The notes: a model not told the origin generated them from the letters alone. 63,101 nucleotides of DNA, filler included, from Collodictyon triciliatum (GCA_043381765.1; 6 parts of 6 records of this genome joined end to end with filler, not necessarily neighbours in it); one strand, 5' to 3'; positions 16,140 through 31,593 are shown, counted from the first letter of the whole stretch. Translations and numbers: made by a program.

Positions 16140-17222
16140 TTTTTGCTTTTACTCCGGGATGAGTTCCACTTTTGGGTAAGAATATCGGAAGATCACACAC
16201 ACCCCCCACTTTTTTTTTTCGACAGCAATTCCGCACCTTGGAAGCGGCCGGGTGGGTGGGGAAATGTGGGTTATGGGCATTTGGCCAATCGAGTGGCAAG
16301 TTTGGATGCGCATACAGGGGCACTCGTGCGCCCAATAGAGAAAGCGAAACCTACTGTACCTCCATGATCTCTTCTGTGCGGCGCGTCTGATTGCTTTCTC
16401 CAAACGCTTTGGGCGCCTCAAGGAAGCTGACTTTGCAAGGCGGTTGTTCGCGAGTACGACGGGACACAGACGAAAGGGAAAGTCTGCACAAGAAGGATTG
16501 CAACGCCCGAATGCGCCCTCAGAATCCCCGCCACGTCAAGAAAATAAAAGTTGGAATCAGATTAATCTGAAAAAACAACAACAACAACAACAACAACACC
16601 CACGAAGGACACTTGATCGAAGTCCGACCCTCACGCGCTGCGAGGCACCTGTGGAAGAAAAAACAAAAGAGAAGGGACAGCAAAAAAAAGAGAGGCTTTG
16701 CATATTGTCTCGTGACCTTCCGCAGCGAGGCTTGTGGCGGGGCTTTGGTTTGTTGGCTGGGCGGCGGGGTTCACAGCGGCTTAAGCTTGGCGCGACTTCA
16801 GAAGGTTATCTGCTATGCAGCTGGCGAAAAACTTGCCGAGTGATTATCACGAGCGGGCCATGACTGCAACTCTAGGTGCTCTCTATTATCCAGAGACACT
16901 GACTTCCGTGACACATTACTGATGTTCAATATGAGCCGACTATTAGCCTAACCTCACTCAATCGCCAGCGCGCCTGTAATGACCTCGTTGGGCGATAACA
17001 CTGAACACTGAACCTCTCATCACCTTAGCTCTGTTCCCTTTTGTGCCCTCGTCTATCCTCAAATATCTTTCATAAACTCTTATACCGAATGATTCTCAAG
17101 AATGCATGAGTTGTCTTCTAATATACCCCGTGTCTCTTTCGTACAAAACTTTGCCTTCTGTGCATATACATAATACCAACATTCCTGACTCAATAAAACG
17201 ACTTGCAGGGCCGACCCAACCA

Positions 17223-20200
17223 ATGGCGCAGGCGACAAACCCATTCCTCGCAGCCATCCAGCGGCATCCCATACGGACTCCTGCGCTTCATTCAGACTTT
17301 GACGACCCAATCCAGACTCATTGGGCCTCATACAAAGCTCGCAGCTTGGCCCCTAAGTCCAAGGAACGCAACCTGGAGGAAAAGCCAGCCTCTTCACAGC
17401 AACAACTCCAATCTGTCCAGCTGAAGCGAGTTTGCGAGCTCATTCCTCCATTCTTTCATGAAACAGACTATGGAAAGGTACTTCGCCTCTCTAATCACTT
17501 GACTGATGCGCGATATGATGATTTACTATATGATGGTCTGCATATAAATATCTATAAAACAAAAGGCTATGGTCCAAATAAGGGTTAAGCGGCTCTTGTA
17601 CCACGCCACTCATAAGGAAAATCGAAAGATTGCGAAACTGGATTTTCCGAAGGTGATTTTTTTTTTCGGATTACCTCTAAATTACGTGTAGTATATAATC
17701 ATAAAACTGCCATCGACTCGCAACAAAATTCAATTATATATTGATAATCGACTTTGATGCTTAACCGCTATCACAGGGCCGGTTCGCATTAAGCGAAGAA
17801 GAGCTGAGGAAAATAGAAGAAGACAACAAGGCAGAGTTTATAAAGTCGTGGAAGGCATTTTGCAGAAGAGACGCAGCGAAGGTTCCATTTATCAACACCT
17901 TCTTTCGATTGAATATTATATCAATGCCAAACATATATTCTCTCAGTTACAAACTATTGAAGTTCATTTTCTTTTTCTCTTACTTTTCTCCTTCTTCATC
18001 ATATGTAGGCATACCGAGACTTCAATCTCAAGAAATTAGCTATCATGGCGTAAGATTCTACTATATATGTATTCAACCATATGAAGATAAGGGTGCAACC
18101 TAAAAACCATTCATTTTCAATGTTTCTCAATCTGGTTTCTACGCTCACTCGGAATTCGGACTGCAAAAGCATTTCTATTGTATTTTTAATCCAAGTAACG
18201 AAAATATTCACGAGTTTTTATATGTTTGACTCTCAAATATAGCATGGCAAAAAAGAATGCGCAATTATGCCAAAAAGAAGTGAAGAGGCGCACTCAAAGG
18301 TCAATCAAGCTATACCGAGATGCACCTATTCGCGCAAAAAAATTGATAAGAGAAGTATGTCCCATTTCATGTATTCTTAAGAAACAATAAGTCAATTTCA
18401 AAATACCTGAAATATTTTTCCTCTCAATAAGTGTTAATTTTTTTCTTATCACGTTTTGACACCCTTGAATATTTCTTGAAAAATTTGCTTGAAAATTTTA
18501 CCATGCTAGAATTTCTATATTGCACTCTGCTACCTGTCTATTCTATTGTAAGAAAACCTTATTTAGATGCTACAATATTGGAAGCGAACTGAAAAGGAGG
18601 CGATGGAAAACAGAAAGAAGGCCATGAAGGAGGCCGAAGAGGAGAGAAAAAGAAAGGTCATCTGGAATTATACAAACATTTGTCCCTTTCATTAACAGGA
18701 AAGTATCCTTTATCGTGTATTCTTATTATCTGCGGTGTGAAAATATTAGGAGGAACTACGAGAAGCCAAGAGACAGCAGATGAAACTAAACTTCCTTCTA
18801 ACCCAAACAGAGCTTTTCAGCCATTTCATTGCTCGGAAGATTCAAAGTTTTTTAATGAAAAAATCACGATTTAGACTTTATCTTATCTTAGTTATGCAAT
18901 TATCATCATTTTTGTCTTCTTCTCCTTGAGTCAGTAGTAACCGTTCGTGACGAATTAAACATTTAAACAGAAGAACCCGGAGATGAATCAGAAACGGAAA
19001 ATAACCCAGACAGTATCGATGTTTTGGATTCTGATATTAAAACTGGTATATATTTTTATTTATTTTTTGCTTCGCCCTTATGGTAATTTAAATATTACGG
19101 TAAATGTGCGATAATATCACAATTCTAATAGTGATTTTTGAGAAAGTTAAGGGTGGTTTGGCAAGGAAATAAGATGAATCAAGTACATTTGATAGTACGA
19201 TATTCTACGTACTTAATTAAATATTCCATACAGATTTTGCGGACATAACAGAAGAGGAGTTGATGAAGCGCGCGCAACAAAAGTCTCAAATGGCTTTGCA
19301 GAATCATAATGAAAGAACAAAAATGTTTGACGAGGATTCGAAGGTGAAAAAATAAACATATGAGTCTACATCGAAGAATAATAGTAAGAATGTAAAAACA
19401 GCATAACGTAAATGAACTTTGGTTTATGTTCAACAGAGACGTAAAGAGGAATCAGAGCAGGCCCATCTCCAGGCAAGCCAATCAAATACTTTATTTTACG
19501 TTTGCTTTTATATCAGGAGCGCTCTTGTTCCCATCCGTTAAAAAATAAAAATAAAATAGTAATAAGAGTATATTTTACTATCTTTGAGCTGGCATTGGTG
19601 CTAATTGTAATTTATAACCTATCTGCAGAGAAAGGGACATAATCATAGCAACAGCACGGCCATCGGCCAGTCAAGTAAGTCTAAAAAATATGATTTAATG
19701 GTGTGGCTATCATATATGAAATACTTATCTGAATATAAATAATATCTGAAAATAGTTGATGAAGTGGATTTCCTCAATCCCTCCAGTTTGCAGTCAGATG
19801 AACTTATTTCTCAGGTTGGTAATTAAAAATTCACACATACAATTTCTTCAATCCTTTTCTGGTCCAGTTGAAGAAAAAAAAACATTCGAAAAATAAGAAA
19901 ACCAGGCGACCTGAAGATTATCTCATATGAACGTAGCCGAAGACTTTCAAGGGAGATTTAAAGCAGTACCAGTTGAAAGGGTTGACTTGGTTGGCCAATC
20001 TATACGAGCAGGTAATAGTCCAAGGAAAAATTTCCTAGTTCACCCTTATTTAAAATTTTGATCATTAAAAGCAACGCTTTAAACATTTTGTAAAATAAAC
20101 TCTTCAACAAACTTAAAATGCTGATAATTCTGAAGGGTATCAATGGGATACTTGCGGACGAAATGGGTCTTGGAAAGACCGTTCAAACCATATCTTTCTT

Positions 20201-20728
20201 GTGCCATTTGGCTGAGGTAAATCAATATCAAATAAATTTATATAATGTAATATTTACCACTAACTTCTTCTGAGTATGGAAAATATTTATCCTATAACTT
20301 AAATAATTTACTGGTATGTATATTCATAGGATGTTTTTCTCATTTTTATTTTTATTTTCCGGATAGAATCGCGACATTTGGGGACCTTTTCTTATAATTT
20401 CTCCATTTTCTACACTGCACAATTGGCAACAAGAATTGTCAAAGTTTGCTCCTCATTTCCGGGTTCGAATCTATTTGACATTTTCACCATACCCTTCCGT
20501 ATGTGACACATACAGTACTTACTTTGTCAAAAAATATTTTTGAGTACCAGTTAATTCAATCCCAAAATTAAATTATGCTATATCTGTGATAACATCTTTT
20601 ATTTAATTCATACCTCTATAGACAATACCATATTGGGGGCCAGTAAATGACAGGAAAATTCTGCGAAAATACTTCAACCCGAAGCTCCTATATAGCGCCG
20701 ATGCACCTTTTCACGTATTAATCACCAG
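17223..20728 (+). CDS. INO80: INO80 chromatin-remodelling ATPase, 5' part (DBINO + start of SNF2 ATPase), truncated at gap
   Basis: [23 protein letters not shown] (DBINO), [67 protein letters not shown]. Confidence 0.93.
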
Positions 20729-21373
20729 GTTTTGAGGAAACTAGCTTTATTTTGATAGAAGCTTGCTNNNNNNNNNNNNNNNNNNNNNNNNNNNNNNNNN
20801 NNNNNNNNNNNNNNNNNNNNNNNNNNNNNNNNNNNNNNNNNNNNNNNNNNNNNNNNNNNNNNNNNNNNNNNNNNNNNNNNNNNNNNNNNNNNNNNNNNNN
20901 NNNNNNNNNNNNNNNNNNNNNNNNNNNNNNNNNNNNNNNNNNNNNNNNNNNNNNNNNNNNNNNNNNNNNNNNNNNNNNNNNNNNNNNNNNNNNNNNNNNN
21001 NNNNNNNNNNNNNNNNNNNNNNNNNNNNNNNNNNNNNNNNNNNNNNNNNNNNNNNNNNNNNNNNNNNNNNNNNNNNNNNNNNNNNNNNNNNNNNNNNNNN
21101 NNNNNNNNNNNNNNNNNNNNNNNNNNNNNNNNNNNNNNNNNNNNNNNNNNNNNNNNNNNNNNNNNNNNNNNNNNNNNNNNNNNNNNNNNNNNNNNNNNNN
21201 NNNNNNNNNNNNNNNNNNNNNNNNNNNNNNNNNNNNNNNNNNNNNNNNNNNNGTTTGGTTTGGTTTGCCTTTGTATGATTTTCTTTTTTCTTTTTCTTCT
21301 GCACAATCGTAAAGCCTCTGACCGCATTATTCTTGTGGGAGCCAAAGAGAAACCCCAACAAAGAGCTACACGG

Positions 21374-23047
21374 ATGACCGAGGACGAGTCTGATCAGACG
21401 GTGTTTGTGCTCTTGGCCACGGTTGCTCCGCTGCTTTCGGGGCTGATTCCGCTTCTGTGTCTGCAGGCTTCGCAAGGCCGATTCTTTCGCTGGATGTTGG
21501 CGCTCTCTGCCGGGCTTTTGCTGGGCATCGGCACGCTGGATTTGATTCCCGAGGCTTTGCAGCTGGCGTTGAAGGTGCATAGGGATAACAGCATTTCTTT
21601 TCGACGTCACTAAGGCGGGAGGAATCATCTCTAACCATATTTTTCTGTCATGAATGATAATAATTATTCTTATTCTTATTCTTATTCTTATTCTTATTCT
21701 TACAATTATTCTTATTCTTATTCTTATTCTTATTCTTACTATTATTCTTATTCTTATTCTTATTCTTATTATCTGGATTTCAATTTACCTAAAATTTTCA
21801 CTTTTATTTTATGCTCTGTTCCTCATATTAGATAAATCTATTATCAGAACCACACAGAAAATGGTGTATCTGGTGGCACTAAAACTGGCATCGATAGTTT
21901 TGAACATCTTGACCATCATGATGCACACGAAATTAATCAACATTTATCTGTCACATGGATGCATCCTGTCAGAGTGTAATTTTTTTTATTGAAAAAAATC
22001 ATTACATACCTTGAGCTACATATATATTCACAAGAGTGATTTCTTTTTTTCCTCCATTATTTTCCTCTCTAAATTGCCGTTTACTGGAGATTTTGCTGAT
22101 TTGTTGGTATTGTTGTCATTTTTATTTTCCTCAAGATGACATATGCATGCTATTACATGTTTACTGTTTTATATGGATAGCTATTGCTGGGTTGTATGCT
22201 TTTCTAGTATTCAGAGGCTTTTGAGAATACTGATTTGAATCTGCTCGCTCCAACTTAAACATTTTTAAAAGAAAATTTGAAACTTTTGCTCATGTTTTGC
22301 GCAGCCTTTTACGTGCTACGAAGCAATGCCTAAAAAATATGTCGTGGGCCTCACTAAATCATGTATAAATTTTCACATAATGTTATCATTTGGAAAGTTT
22401 ATTAAGAAAACAAAAATAGTAAAAGTAGAAGGTCGTAAAAATAAGTAAAATAAAAAAATAATCTTTTTTTTAACGTCATGTGGAAAATAACGCAAAGAAA
22501 GAGCAGCTTTCTGACGAAGATGTTGAAACCAACCATGAGCACGGCCATCGTCACATCCATGAACCCAGCGTACCGAATGTAATGGTGGGCATATTTATGG
22601 GCTATATGGTTTTGCTGGGATTGGAAAAGCTATTCATGGGTCACCATTCTCACGGAACCGGAAAGAGGAGTGGTTCTGACGGCGAATGCGACGACCATTC
22701 AGACCACAGAAAGGTCAAATATTTTTCTTCTCATCTTTGCGCATTCTATTCATATGTCTATTTTCTTGTTCAACTTGAAACTTTTGTCCGTCATATTATG
22801 TATAATATTGATTGTTGTCGTCTTTCATCTGCCATTTTATTAATAAAAAGAAAAAAAACATGGGTAAAAGGGATCAACTTCTCTGTCATCGGGGTTTTCA
22901 TACACCGTTTTTCTTGCTTTCATCGTTCACTCATTTGCCGATGGATTTTTGATATCCGGAGGGTTTGAGTCATCCCACAGCATCGGCACGCGCGTGGCTC
23001 TTGCTGTTGTATCACACAAGTTTCCAGACGGTTTTGTCCTTGCATCG
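21374..23047 (+). CDS. ZIP (SLC39/ZupT) metal transporter, 3' truncated by spacer
   Basis: ALSAGLLLGIGTLDLIPEA, His-rich loops (HEHGHRHIH, HHSH), TM4 HSFADG and TM5 HKFPDG. Confidence 0.88.
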
Positions 23048-23427
23048 GTCTGCATAATTATTCTCTTATGATGCCAACACCAAAAAAAAAAAAAAAAAAA
23101 AAAAAAATAAAANNNNNNNNNNNNNNNNNNNNNNNNNNNNNNNNNNNNNNNNNNNNTTAATTAATTAANNNNNNNNNNNNNNNNNNNNNNNNNNNNNNNN
23201 NNNNNNNNNNNNGAATAAAAAAGAATAAAAAAGAATAAAAAAGAATAAAAAAGAATAAAAAAGAATAAAAAAGAATAAAAAAGAATAAAAAAGAATAAAA
23301 AAGAACAAAAACAAGAACAAAAACAAGAACAAAAACAAAAAAGAAAAAAGAAAAAAGGGATGAAACAGGAACAAAAGAAAAGCAGCCAGCGATCGGACAA
23401 TGTCATATTGGCGTGTATCCTGTCACT

Positions 23428-26400
23428 TCACACCGACGCGGTTTTATATTCGTCGAGAAGCATGAAGGCAACTCCGTTTGTCCAGCCGAAGCCAATCTGC
23501 GGCTCGTACTCTCCGCCGCCGCCAACGGCTCCGAGAGACCGGGCATCATATTTCTCATGCATGAAGCCCGTGTCCGCGTAGGCAAGGTAGGTTGTTTGCA
23601 GCCACGTTTCGGCCAAAGAGCGGGCGGTGGTGGGGCCTCTTGGGTCCGAAGAGATGGCAGCGAGGGCTTCGATAACCATCTGCTGAAGCGGCGCCCAGGC
23701 GTTGGGGAAGTCCCACTGGAGCCCGGTCTGCGTGATGGTGGTTGTGATGCCTCCTTGCAATATCAAGCGCGATTGCAGAAGAGAGCTCAACACGCTCGAC
23801 TCGTCAACCAAGTCTGGGTGATATGACTTGCTCCACAACGGAAGGAACTGGGAAATAGACGAGATGGCGTCCTTCTGCGTTTCGACAAACGCGCAAGTGG
23901 TGCGGTTTACATGCCCAGGCGTTTCGGCAGAGAGTATACAATCAGACCATGCTTGTATCGACCTGTTCCAAAGATACTTGTGGATGGCCTCTCTGCGAAG
24001 CTCTGCCAACCTCGCATACCGGGTCGCCTTTTCCTACGGTGGTCAGATAAAACAATTGTCATAGTAAAAAAAAAAAAAAAATGAATGAAAAAAGGGAATA
24101 TTCCATAGCTATATTTGCGCTATTCCTTGTTGGGGTTCATATCTATATCATTTTTTTTCCTTTATTCGATTCTGGTTCATATCTATATCATGATTATCAC
24201 ATGAGATGTTGTCAAAGAAAACAAACCTGGTCCCCAAGGATACGATAGAGGTATTGCATATTCTGCTCCATCCGATGAAGAATGGCATTCAACTCGACTG
24301 GAATGATTTCTCGAGTATTTGCAGTATCAAGATTAAAGCCGTCTCTTAACCACCGAGAGGAGAAATCCCATCTATTCGGATAAAAAGAGCGTTTTTTTTT
24401 TTTTGGACAAGAATTTCATACTGAGATATTGTGCGTAGCAGCGAATAAAAACCCTGCATATTCCACTTAAAATATAGAAATATTGATGTTTTCCAATAAA
24501 AAAGCAAATAGATTTTGGAAAATACCCCCTTCCCTCTCTTCATGATTAGGAGTAGAAACAGAAAAATAAGGACAATCAATACAAGAGAGGGTTAAAGTGA
24601 GTTTATATTCACCAAAAAAAAAAAAAAAAGTGCTATAAATGAGCATACCCGCTTTCGGCCGCAGCTGCAATATTGCTATAAAAGGTTGATTTCTGGAACG
24701 AGGCGCGATATTAGTCTTGTAAAGAATTCAAGAATATTAATCCAAGAAATGAGAGAATGTGTATTCGTGTGAATAGAATAACCTCGTTGGGAGGCAAATC
24801 CTTGCCTATTTCTTCGTCTTCATAGTAGGATTCTGGCCTTGGCTGATCGGTGGAAACGTAATATCTGTTCAGAGCATATTTCTCTCTGTGTACAGACCCC
24901 CCAAGTTATATTAATACGGTCGAATGTATTTTGTATTTTTAGTCTTTGTTTAGCTATTCTAGAATTATTTGCATATAATTAAAGGCAAGAAGATTAACCC
25001 TGCTTCGTCGACGAAATAGACGACATGACCGAGACTCTCATCCATCCAGAATGCATACTCGATTTCAAGGGCAGATGCACACAGTTGAATAAAATCAGGA
25101 GAATAGTGCCCGCTCTTCACGTATGCAACAATCATTTCACTCAGTAGAGGGGGTTGCGATCTATTTAAGTAATAAATCCGGAGTCCGTTTGGCATGAAGC
25201 CATACGTCATGACCACTTGGATTATATTCTCAATAGTTTGAAGGGCAGTCTGGCGCATGCCACACGCAATTAATCTATAGCAAAATGTATCAATAAAAAT
25301 TTGAAAATAATATAATTAGGTAAGAAATATATTACATTAGATAGATAGAAAAAAATTTAAAAAAACTTATATCGAATTATAATTGCAATAACTATATTTC
25401 GATAAACCAAACAAAAGTCAATATGTTATTTTTATATGATATCTCACTCATTCGAATGAAAAAAAAAAGGAATTATGAACATAGAAATAGTCTTAGAATT
25501 AGATTAAAAAAACACCCCCTCAAAATCCAGTAAGAGTCCCAGTAGTATACTTCACGAAATCGCCCACCAGCTATAAATAATTATTTATTTATTTTTAAAA
25601 AAATGCAAATGCAAATGCAAATACATGTTTGCTGATGTAAAATAAAGTCGGTTATTTTGTTATTTACTTATTTACAATTCGTGTACAAAAGAGTCTGAAA
25701 CGAAAACATTTTCAAATATTGATGCTTACCAACGATAAACGGATTTCCTGAGAGTATATAAGAGTGCCGTTGTGGGTTTTTGTAAGCATCATCAGTCAAC
25801 TTTCTTCCTAGTACAAGCCATAACTGGTTCAACTCTCGAGCCCATTCCTTCAGAATAGGATCGGATATTCTTCGTATGAGCGAGGGTTCATCTTGAAAAT
25901 CAACCGGAACCTGTATAATATTGAATCATTTATTCGTATATTATAATGTAAATGTAAGAATAAAGAAAGATATCAACGAGAGCACCAACATGAGAGGGGA
26001 GAGGGTTTAATAATAAAGGAAAAAAGAAGAATATGATACGAATAAATAAACCTAAGAACTTTTTTTTTCCAGAAAAAAAAAAAAACAGACCCATTCCTCA
26101 AGGTCAGAGCCAGCTGGATGAAAGTAGGCTTCGAGAAATGTAGTGAGCTGCTCTTTTGTAGGATGTTTTGGAAGTTTTTCAAACTCCTGAAGAACAACTT
26201 CCGGATCAAACTTCATGGGCATATCCACAAAGGTCTTGCTGTCATTAAAGACCCTGTATGAGAAGATATATGATTAACTAATAGGCATAGCCAAGACATC
26301 AAAAAATGAATAATAGGAAAAGAAAAAGAAAAAGAAAAAGAAAAAGAAAAAAGAAAAAGAAAAAAGAAAAAGAAAAAAGAAAAAGAAAAAAGAAAAAGAA

Positions 26401-26707
26401 AAAAGAAAAAGAAAAAAGAAAAAGAAAAAGAAAAAGAAAAAGAAAAAGAAAAACGAAAAAAGAAAAAAGAAAAAAGAAAAAGAAAAAAGAAAAAAGAAAA
26501 AAGAAAAAAGAAAAAAGAAAAAAGATGAAAGAAAAAAAGAAAAAACCGAGTCATCTGAACGGCCTCCAGTATTGGGCCCTCGCAGTAAACGCTGCATGCC
26601 TCTGGTGTTGTCAGCCCTGCACGATAAGTCCCACCTCTCGTCATGGAGGCGAAGCAAACGGCAGAGGCGCACATCAAAAGAACAGAAGCAAGGAGGCGCT
26701 CTCTCAT
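23428..26707 (-). CDS. TREH: Alpha,alpha-trehalase (GH37) with putative signal peptide
   Basis: DSKTFVDMP, GGRFREVYYWDSYW, YYLNRSQPP, PRPESY, AAESGWDFSSRW, QWDFPNAWAPLQ, MHEKYDA, GGGGEYEPQIGFGWTNG. Hydrophobic N-terminus. Ends in TGA. Confidence 0.96.
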
Positions 26708-27170
26708 GATCCTATGAACAATGCAAACTTACTGACTCTCTACTCTACCGCTTGCCGCCGGGTGCTTCTTGCCCAACCCCTAGCTTTGCTTCGTTTGACG
26801 AAACACACTTCCGTCCCCATCGCAAACCCTGTATGACAAGCCTTATTCTGCTCTTTGCTAGACACTACTTATGACAGCCCCAAAGGTATCGCACAAAGGC
26901 AAACAGAATCTTGCCTTCTTGCTGTACTTGAAGTTTATAGTCTTGTTTTGTTTCTCGCTCTCGTGCTTTCTATTCTTCTCCTAATTATATATATATACAT
27001 ATTATATTTTCGTTCTTTTCTTGATTTGTTTTCTTTTTNNNNNNNNNNNNNNNNNNNNNNNNNNNNNNNNNNNNNNNNNNNNNNNNNNNNNNNNNNNNNN
27101 NNNNNNNNNNNNNNNNNNNNNNNNNNNNNNNNNNNNNNNNNNNNNNNNNNNNNNNNNNNNNNNNNNNNNN

Positions 27171-30100
27171 GTCCAGGAGTCGGATGGCAAGGTAGCTGGC
27201 AAGCGACCGATAAAAGCGCAAAGGCAAGCCAGACTGCGTGGACTGGAGCAGAGACTCTAGAAACGAAGCTTCCAGACGATAGCATTGAACCTGGAATCAG
27301 TAAGGGCAAACCAGCATTCAGAATCACATAAATAAACCGATGCAAGCTTCTTACCTGGAACTTATTTTATTGGGGACCGTACAGTAAAAGCCCAAAAAAA
27401 AAAAAAAAAAACACAACCACACTAACAAAATTACAAAAAAAAAAAACGAAACGGATTGTATTATACTGAATATTAGAGATAAAAAATTATTATATATTTA
27501 TCTGCCAAGAGACTGACTGTGTCATCATCGGCGCGAACAGATGCTGCTCGCGTTCCTCCAGTTATAAAGGTCATTTCCCCAAACATGTCGTTCTCTTGTA
27601 ATATCCTGACGACAGAAATTGGTGTATCGCGGAAACCACCTGTCTCTACACGAACTTTGCCCTTGGCCACCTGGCGGAAGAAAAAAAAAAGAGAAAGAGT
27701 TTGTTAATACTAAATACTGCTTGTTGCACGACCGATTCATATCTTGAGTTGAATATACAGGAGCCATTCAATTGAGAACTGATACCATCGAAGGACATGT
27801 ATTATTAGACAACCTGATAGACAACTTGGTCATCATCTCCTTCTTTGATTATATATGCATCTTTTCTGTAGCTCACTAATTTTGCGCCTGTGCAGAGAAT
27901 AAATGAAAATTACTCATAAAAAATTATAAGAGAGAAAAAAAGAGTGAAACCAATACAATAAGATATTATAAAGAACCTTGAATGAAGAGGCTGTAATCAT
28001 CCGAACTTAGTGGTGGAATCTTGAAAGACGAAGAGGCTGGATCAGACACGCTGCATGACATGATACATTTAGTCCCTGTTGGTTCGCTAGCTTTCTTGGA
28101 AAGGGACATGTCACCGGAAAAAAAACCATGGAAGCAATATTATCATTAACGTTTTAATGCCCCACGTACCTTGAGTTTGGATTAGTTGCAACGTTCGATG
28201 CACCAAAAGAATGAACTCTGCCTCTATAAAATTATTGATAAATAGTACCATCAAATCAAATGAGTAAGCTCGTTAAAAAAAAAAACGAAATAACTTGAAA
28301 GGCATTCATCATCATAGCAGTTGTCAAAAGCAGTTTTTGTGTTACTGTTGCGTTGGTCTAAATATATCAGTCATTGCTTTGGACTTTGCAGTTCTCCATT
28401 TTTTCATGATTTCATCTCCAACCATAGCCGCGTCCATAAAGTCGATGAATGAAAACTACAAGGATGTTAAAAAAAAAATTAACAGCAATCACTATGGTTA
28501 AATTATTTTTATTTTTTTTTTTGATTAAAGCAACTATGGGTAGGAATTTAGAGATAACAATGAATTATTATTTTTTTTTATTCATGTGTTTAGGTTATGG
28601 TATGAGAGTTTGAATTACTGAGCGCTCGCCATGTTCAATATCAATAGAGTCATTGGTGACTTGAATAGATGTGATTGTTTTAAAGGGAATAACTTCCTGT
28701 GTATTTTCAAAAAAAATAATTAATGGGAGATGATTTTTTCTTTTCTTTTTTGGTTTCTGCGAGATGTAAGGGTATCGCCTCGGTAGTTGGTTGTGATTAA
28801 TAAAATATTTAAAAAAGAAAAAAAAGGATATGGACATTCGAGCTATAGGAGAATATCAAATGAAAAGGCCATAAGTAAAGATGAAATATAAACCAAGAAA
28901 TAATACCTTCATTGAAATACCAAGGACTTTTGCCTGGAAGGATATGGACTCATCTGAAATTGACAGCACACCCAAAACATGAACCATCTTGACAAGAACG
29001 CAGCTGTGCGTGAGACCTTCGCATTTATCATGAACAAAGTGTGTGATTCATGCTGGCTGGATTACAAATATGCATGATAAATGTATTTTGATAGTCTCAT
29101 ACTTGACTCATTTTCGGAACCTTGATTCTGTACATTTGGCACTTTAGAAGCTTTTTCTTCTGCCTGTTTTATGGCAGTGTGATTAAAATCATCACATTGA
29201 GGCCTATGGAACGGGGAATGGAGATATTATCAAGAAAGCACCTTTGATGAACCAGGATTCTGCTGCTTATCCGCAATAACAGCAGGTTTTGCAAGGTGCC
29301 CAGCAAAGCGGAACGACTTTACGATTTTCAAAGCCAGGTATGCGTGCAGGCGTCCACCAAGTCCGGGATTTTGATTGCACAAGGAGTATATGGAGCTTGG
29401 AGATATCTCATATATGGTAGCTGATTCACCGTAACCATATCAGAATATGAAAAAAAATTACAAGTATTGACATGATTAAGAATGGGAAAAAAAAATCAGT
29501 TTGTACATGTTTCGTGGGCGATGTAGCTCCATGGTGGATTCGACTGGGAAACGAAGCGAAATTCTCCAAAGAATTCGCCTGCATTAAGCGTATCAAGACA
29601 CTTCATCCCTTGTTGCTCGAGTTTCACTTGCCCAGCAGCAACATAATACAGACCGGAGAACGTGGAGTCAGGAGACATCAAGATATCTCCTGAGGCGCAA
29701 GTAAACATATTTGCCCCTTCGATTAAAGTCTATAAATGTTTGTTTAGATCATTTAATGTACGCAATAACAACAAAAAGAAAAATTAAAAGGGAATATAAT
29801 CTGACCTACTTTTTTATTCTTGAAAATGGCTGACAATGCGTTGAATACAACAGATATATATATATATAGTATTTTAAAAAGAAACACACTAAACAACAAT
29901 TCAACATGTCCAACCTGAATGTCATCGCTTTTAATGACTCCATTTAAAACTGCTGTGGATGAAGCAGGAATGACTATTTCCCTCTTTCTTTGGGTACCAG
30001 TGCGAGATGGCAACCAATATCTTGAATTATTATATTTTGTCCGTCATTACTAACACAAAATATATGTGAATATCATGCTATGTTGAAAGGAAAATAATTT

Positions 30101-31494
30101 GGGCTTTGGTGTCATATAACCTTCTCATCCACACGAAAGCCTCGAAAGCATTGGAAATAGAAAATGACAACACTCTCTCTCCACTAACTACTTCAATTGA
30201 CTCAGTCTCCTCTATCGAGACCGAGGATATACTTTTAAAAGTGAGCATCTATGATAACAAAAACAAACAATTTGTCAACTGACTATCATACACCTGAAAA
30301 AAATATGGAAAAAAAAAGTTAAACGAGAGATTTTAGCTACCTCTTTTTTTTTAATCCCAAACTTGGATGACATGAATGTAATACACGTTTCCCAAATACA
30401 AATATGAACAGAAATAGGATTTCGTTTCCGCTCAATAGCAGTACCTGTACCAAAATAAAAACAAAAACATTTAAATCCATAATTGATCTCTAACGAGAGG
30501 AGGATTCGTGTGCCTGACAATTTCGCTACAACAAACCATTAAATTCGGCCGCAAACACATCTTCGTCCGTCATTCCATAGCGTTCTCGTAAATCTTGCAA
30601 TTTTTTAAAAGATTCTGCTGATTCGTGCGTCTGAAGATGAAAATTCAAGTCAAGCGTAAGTTATGCAACCAAGGCTGTTGCAGGACAAATCAGGTTGTAT
30701 ATCACTCGTAATGAAAAAGACATACCGCATTTTGAACTGTTGCTGTATTATCTAATTTCAGCAACGTCGCTTCAGATATTTGTTTGGTGATTTTCACGCT
30801 GACCAATGACAGGAATTGCCCAATTATGTCTTTAGGGACACCAAGTTGGTTCATAATGAATTCTAAGGATTTTTAAAAATCTTTTTAAAAAAAGGAACAT
30901 ATATAAAGTCACAGGTCAGTAGCAACAAAATAGTTTGGTACTAAATGTGAACGTTCACAAAAATGACAGAAAAATTAGGTTACGTATGTTTTTGCAGAGA
31001 CTGCTTTGTCCAGTATCTTGGCTAGATGTAGATAAGACTGTTCCTGATCGATCGCGTTTCCATGCCAATAAAGCTTCGGTCATGGCGTTTGATTCTATAA
31101 TGATTAAGCATACAACTCAGATTTAAGATGATAAGAATAAGTCGCAATCAGTTATACCTATTAAATAATGATATTATCATTAATAAATATCAATATATCA
31201 AGTAAATGTATCAGTATATCGGATACCTGGCTTTGTGTCTGTCTGAAGATTGACCCAAAATTGAACGTTTGCCCAGCAAGGATGTTGTCTCAAATGTGAC
31301 TAAAGGGATAATAATTACAATGCAATCGAAAGTCTTGTTTCATTTCTCATAGAATAAAATTTGAAATTCACTAAAGAATAACACTTTGAAAAAATTTAAA
31401 AATAAAAAGACAAGAGGCTCTAGATGACTTGTAGTATTAGATAACGAGAGATAATATATGAGGAAAACCTTTTTAGGGAGAAAAAAAAAAGAGA

Positions 31495-31593
<99 letters not shown>

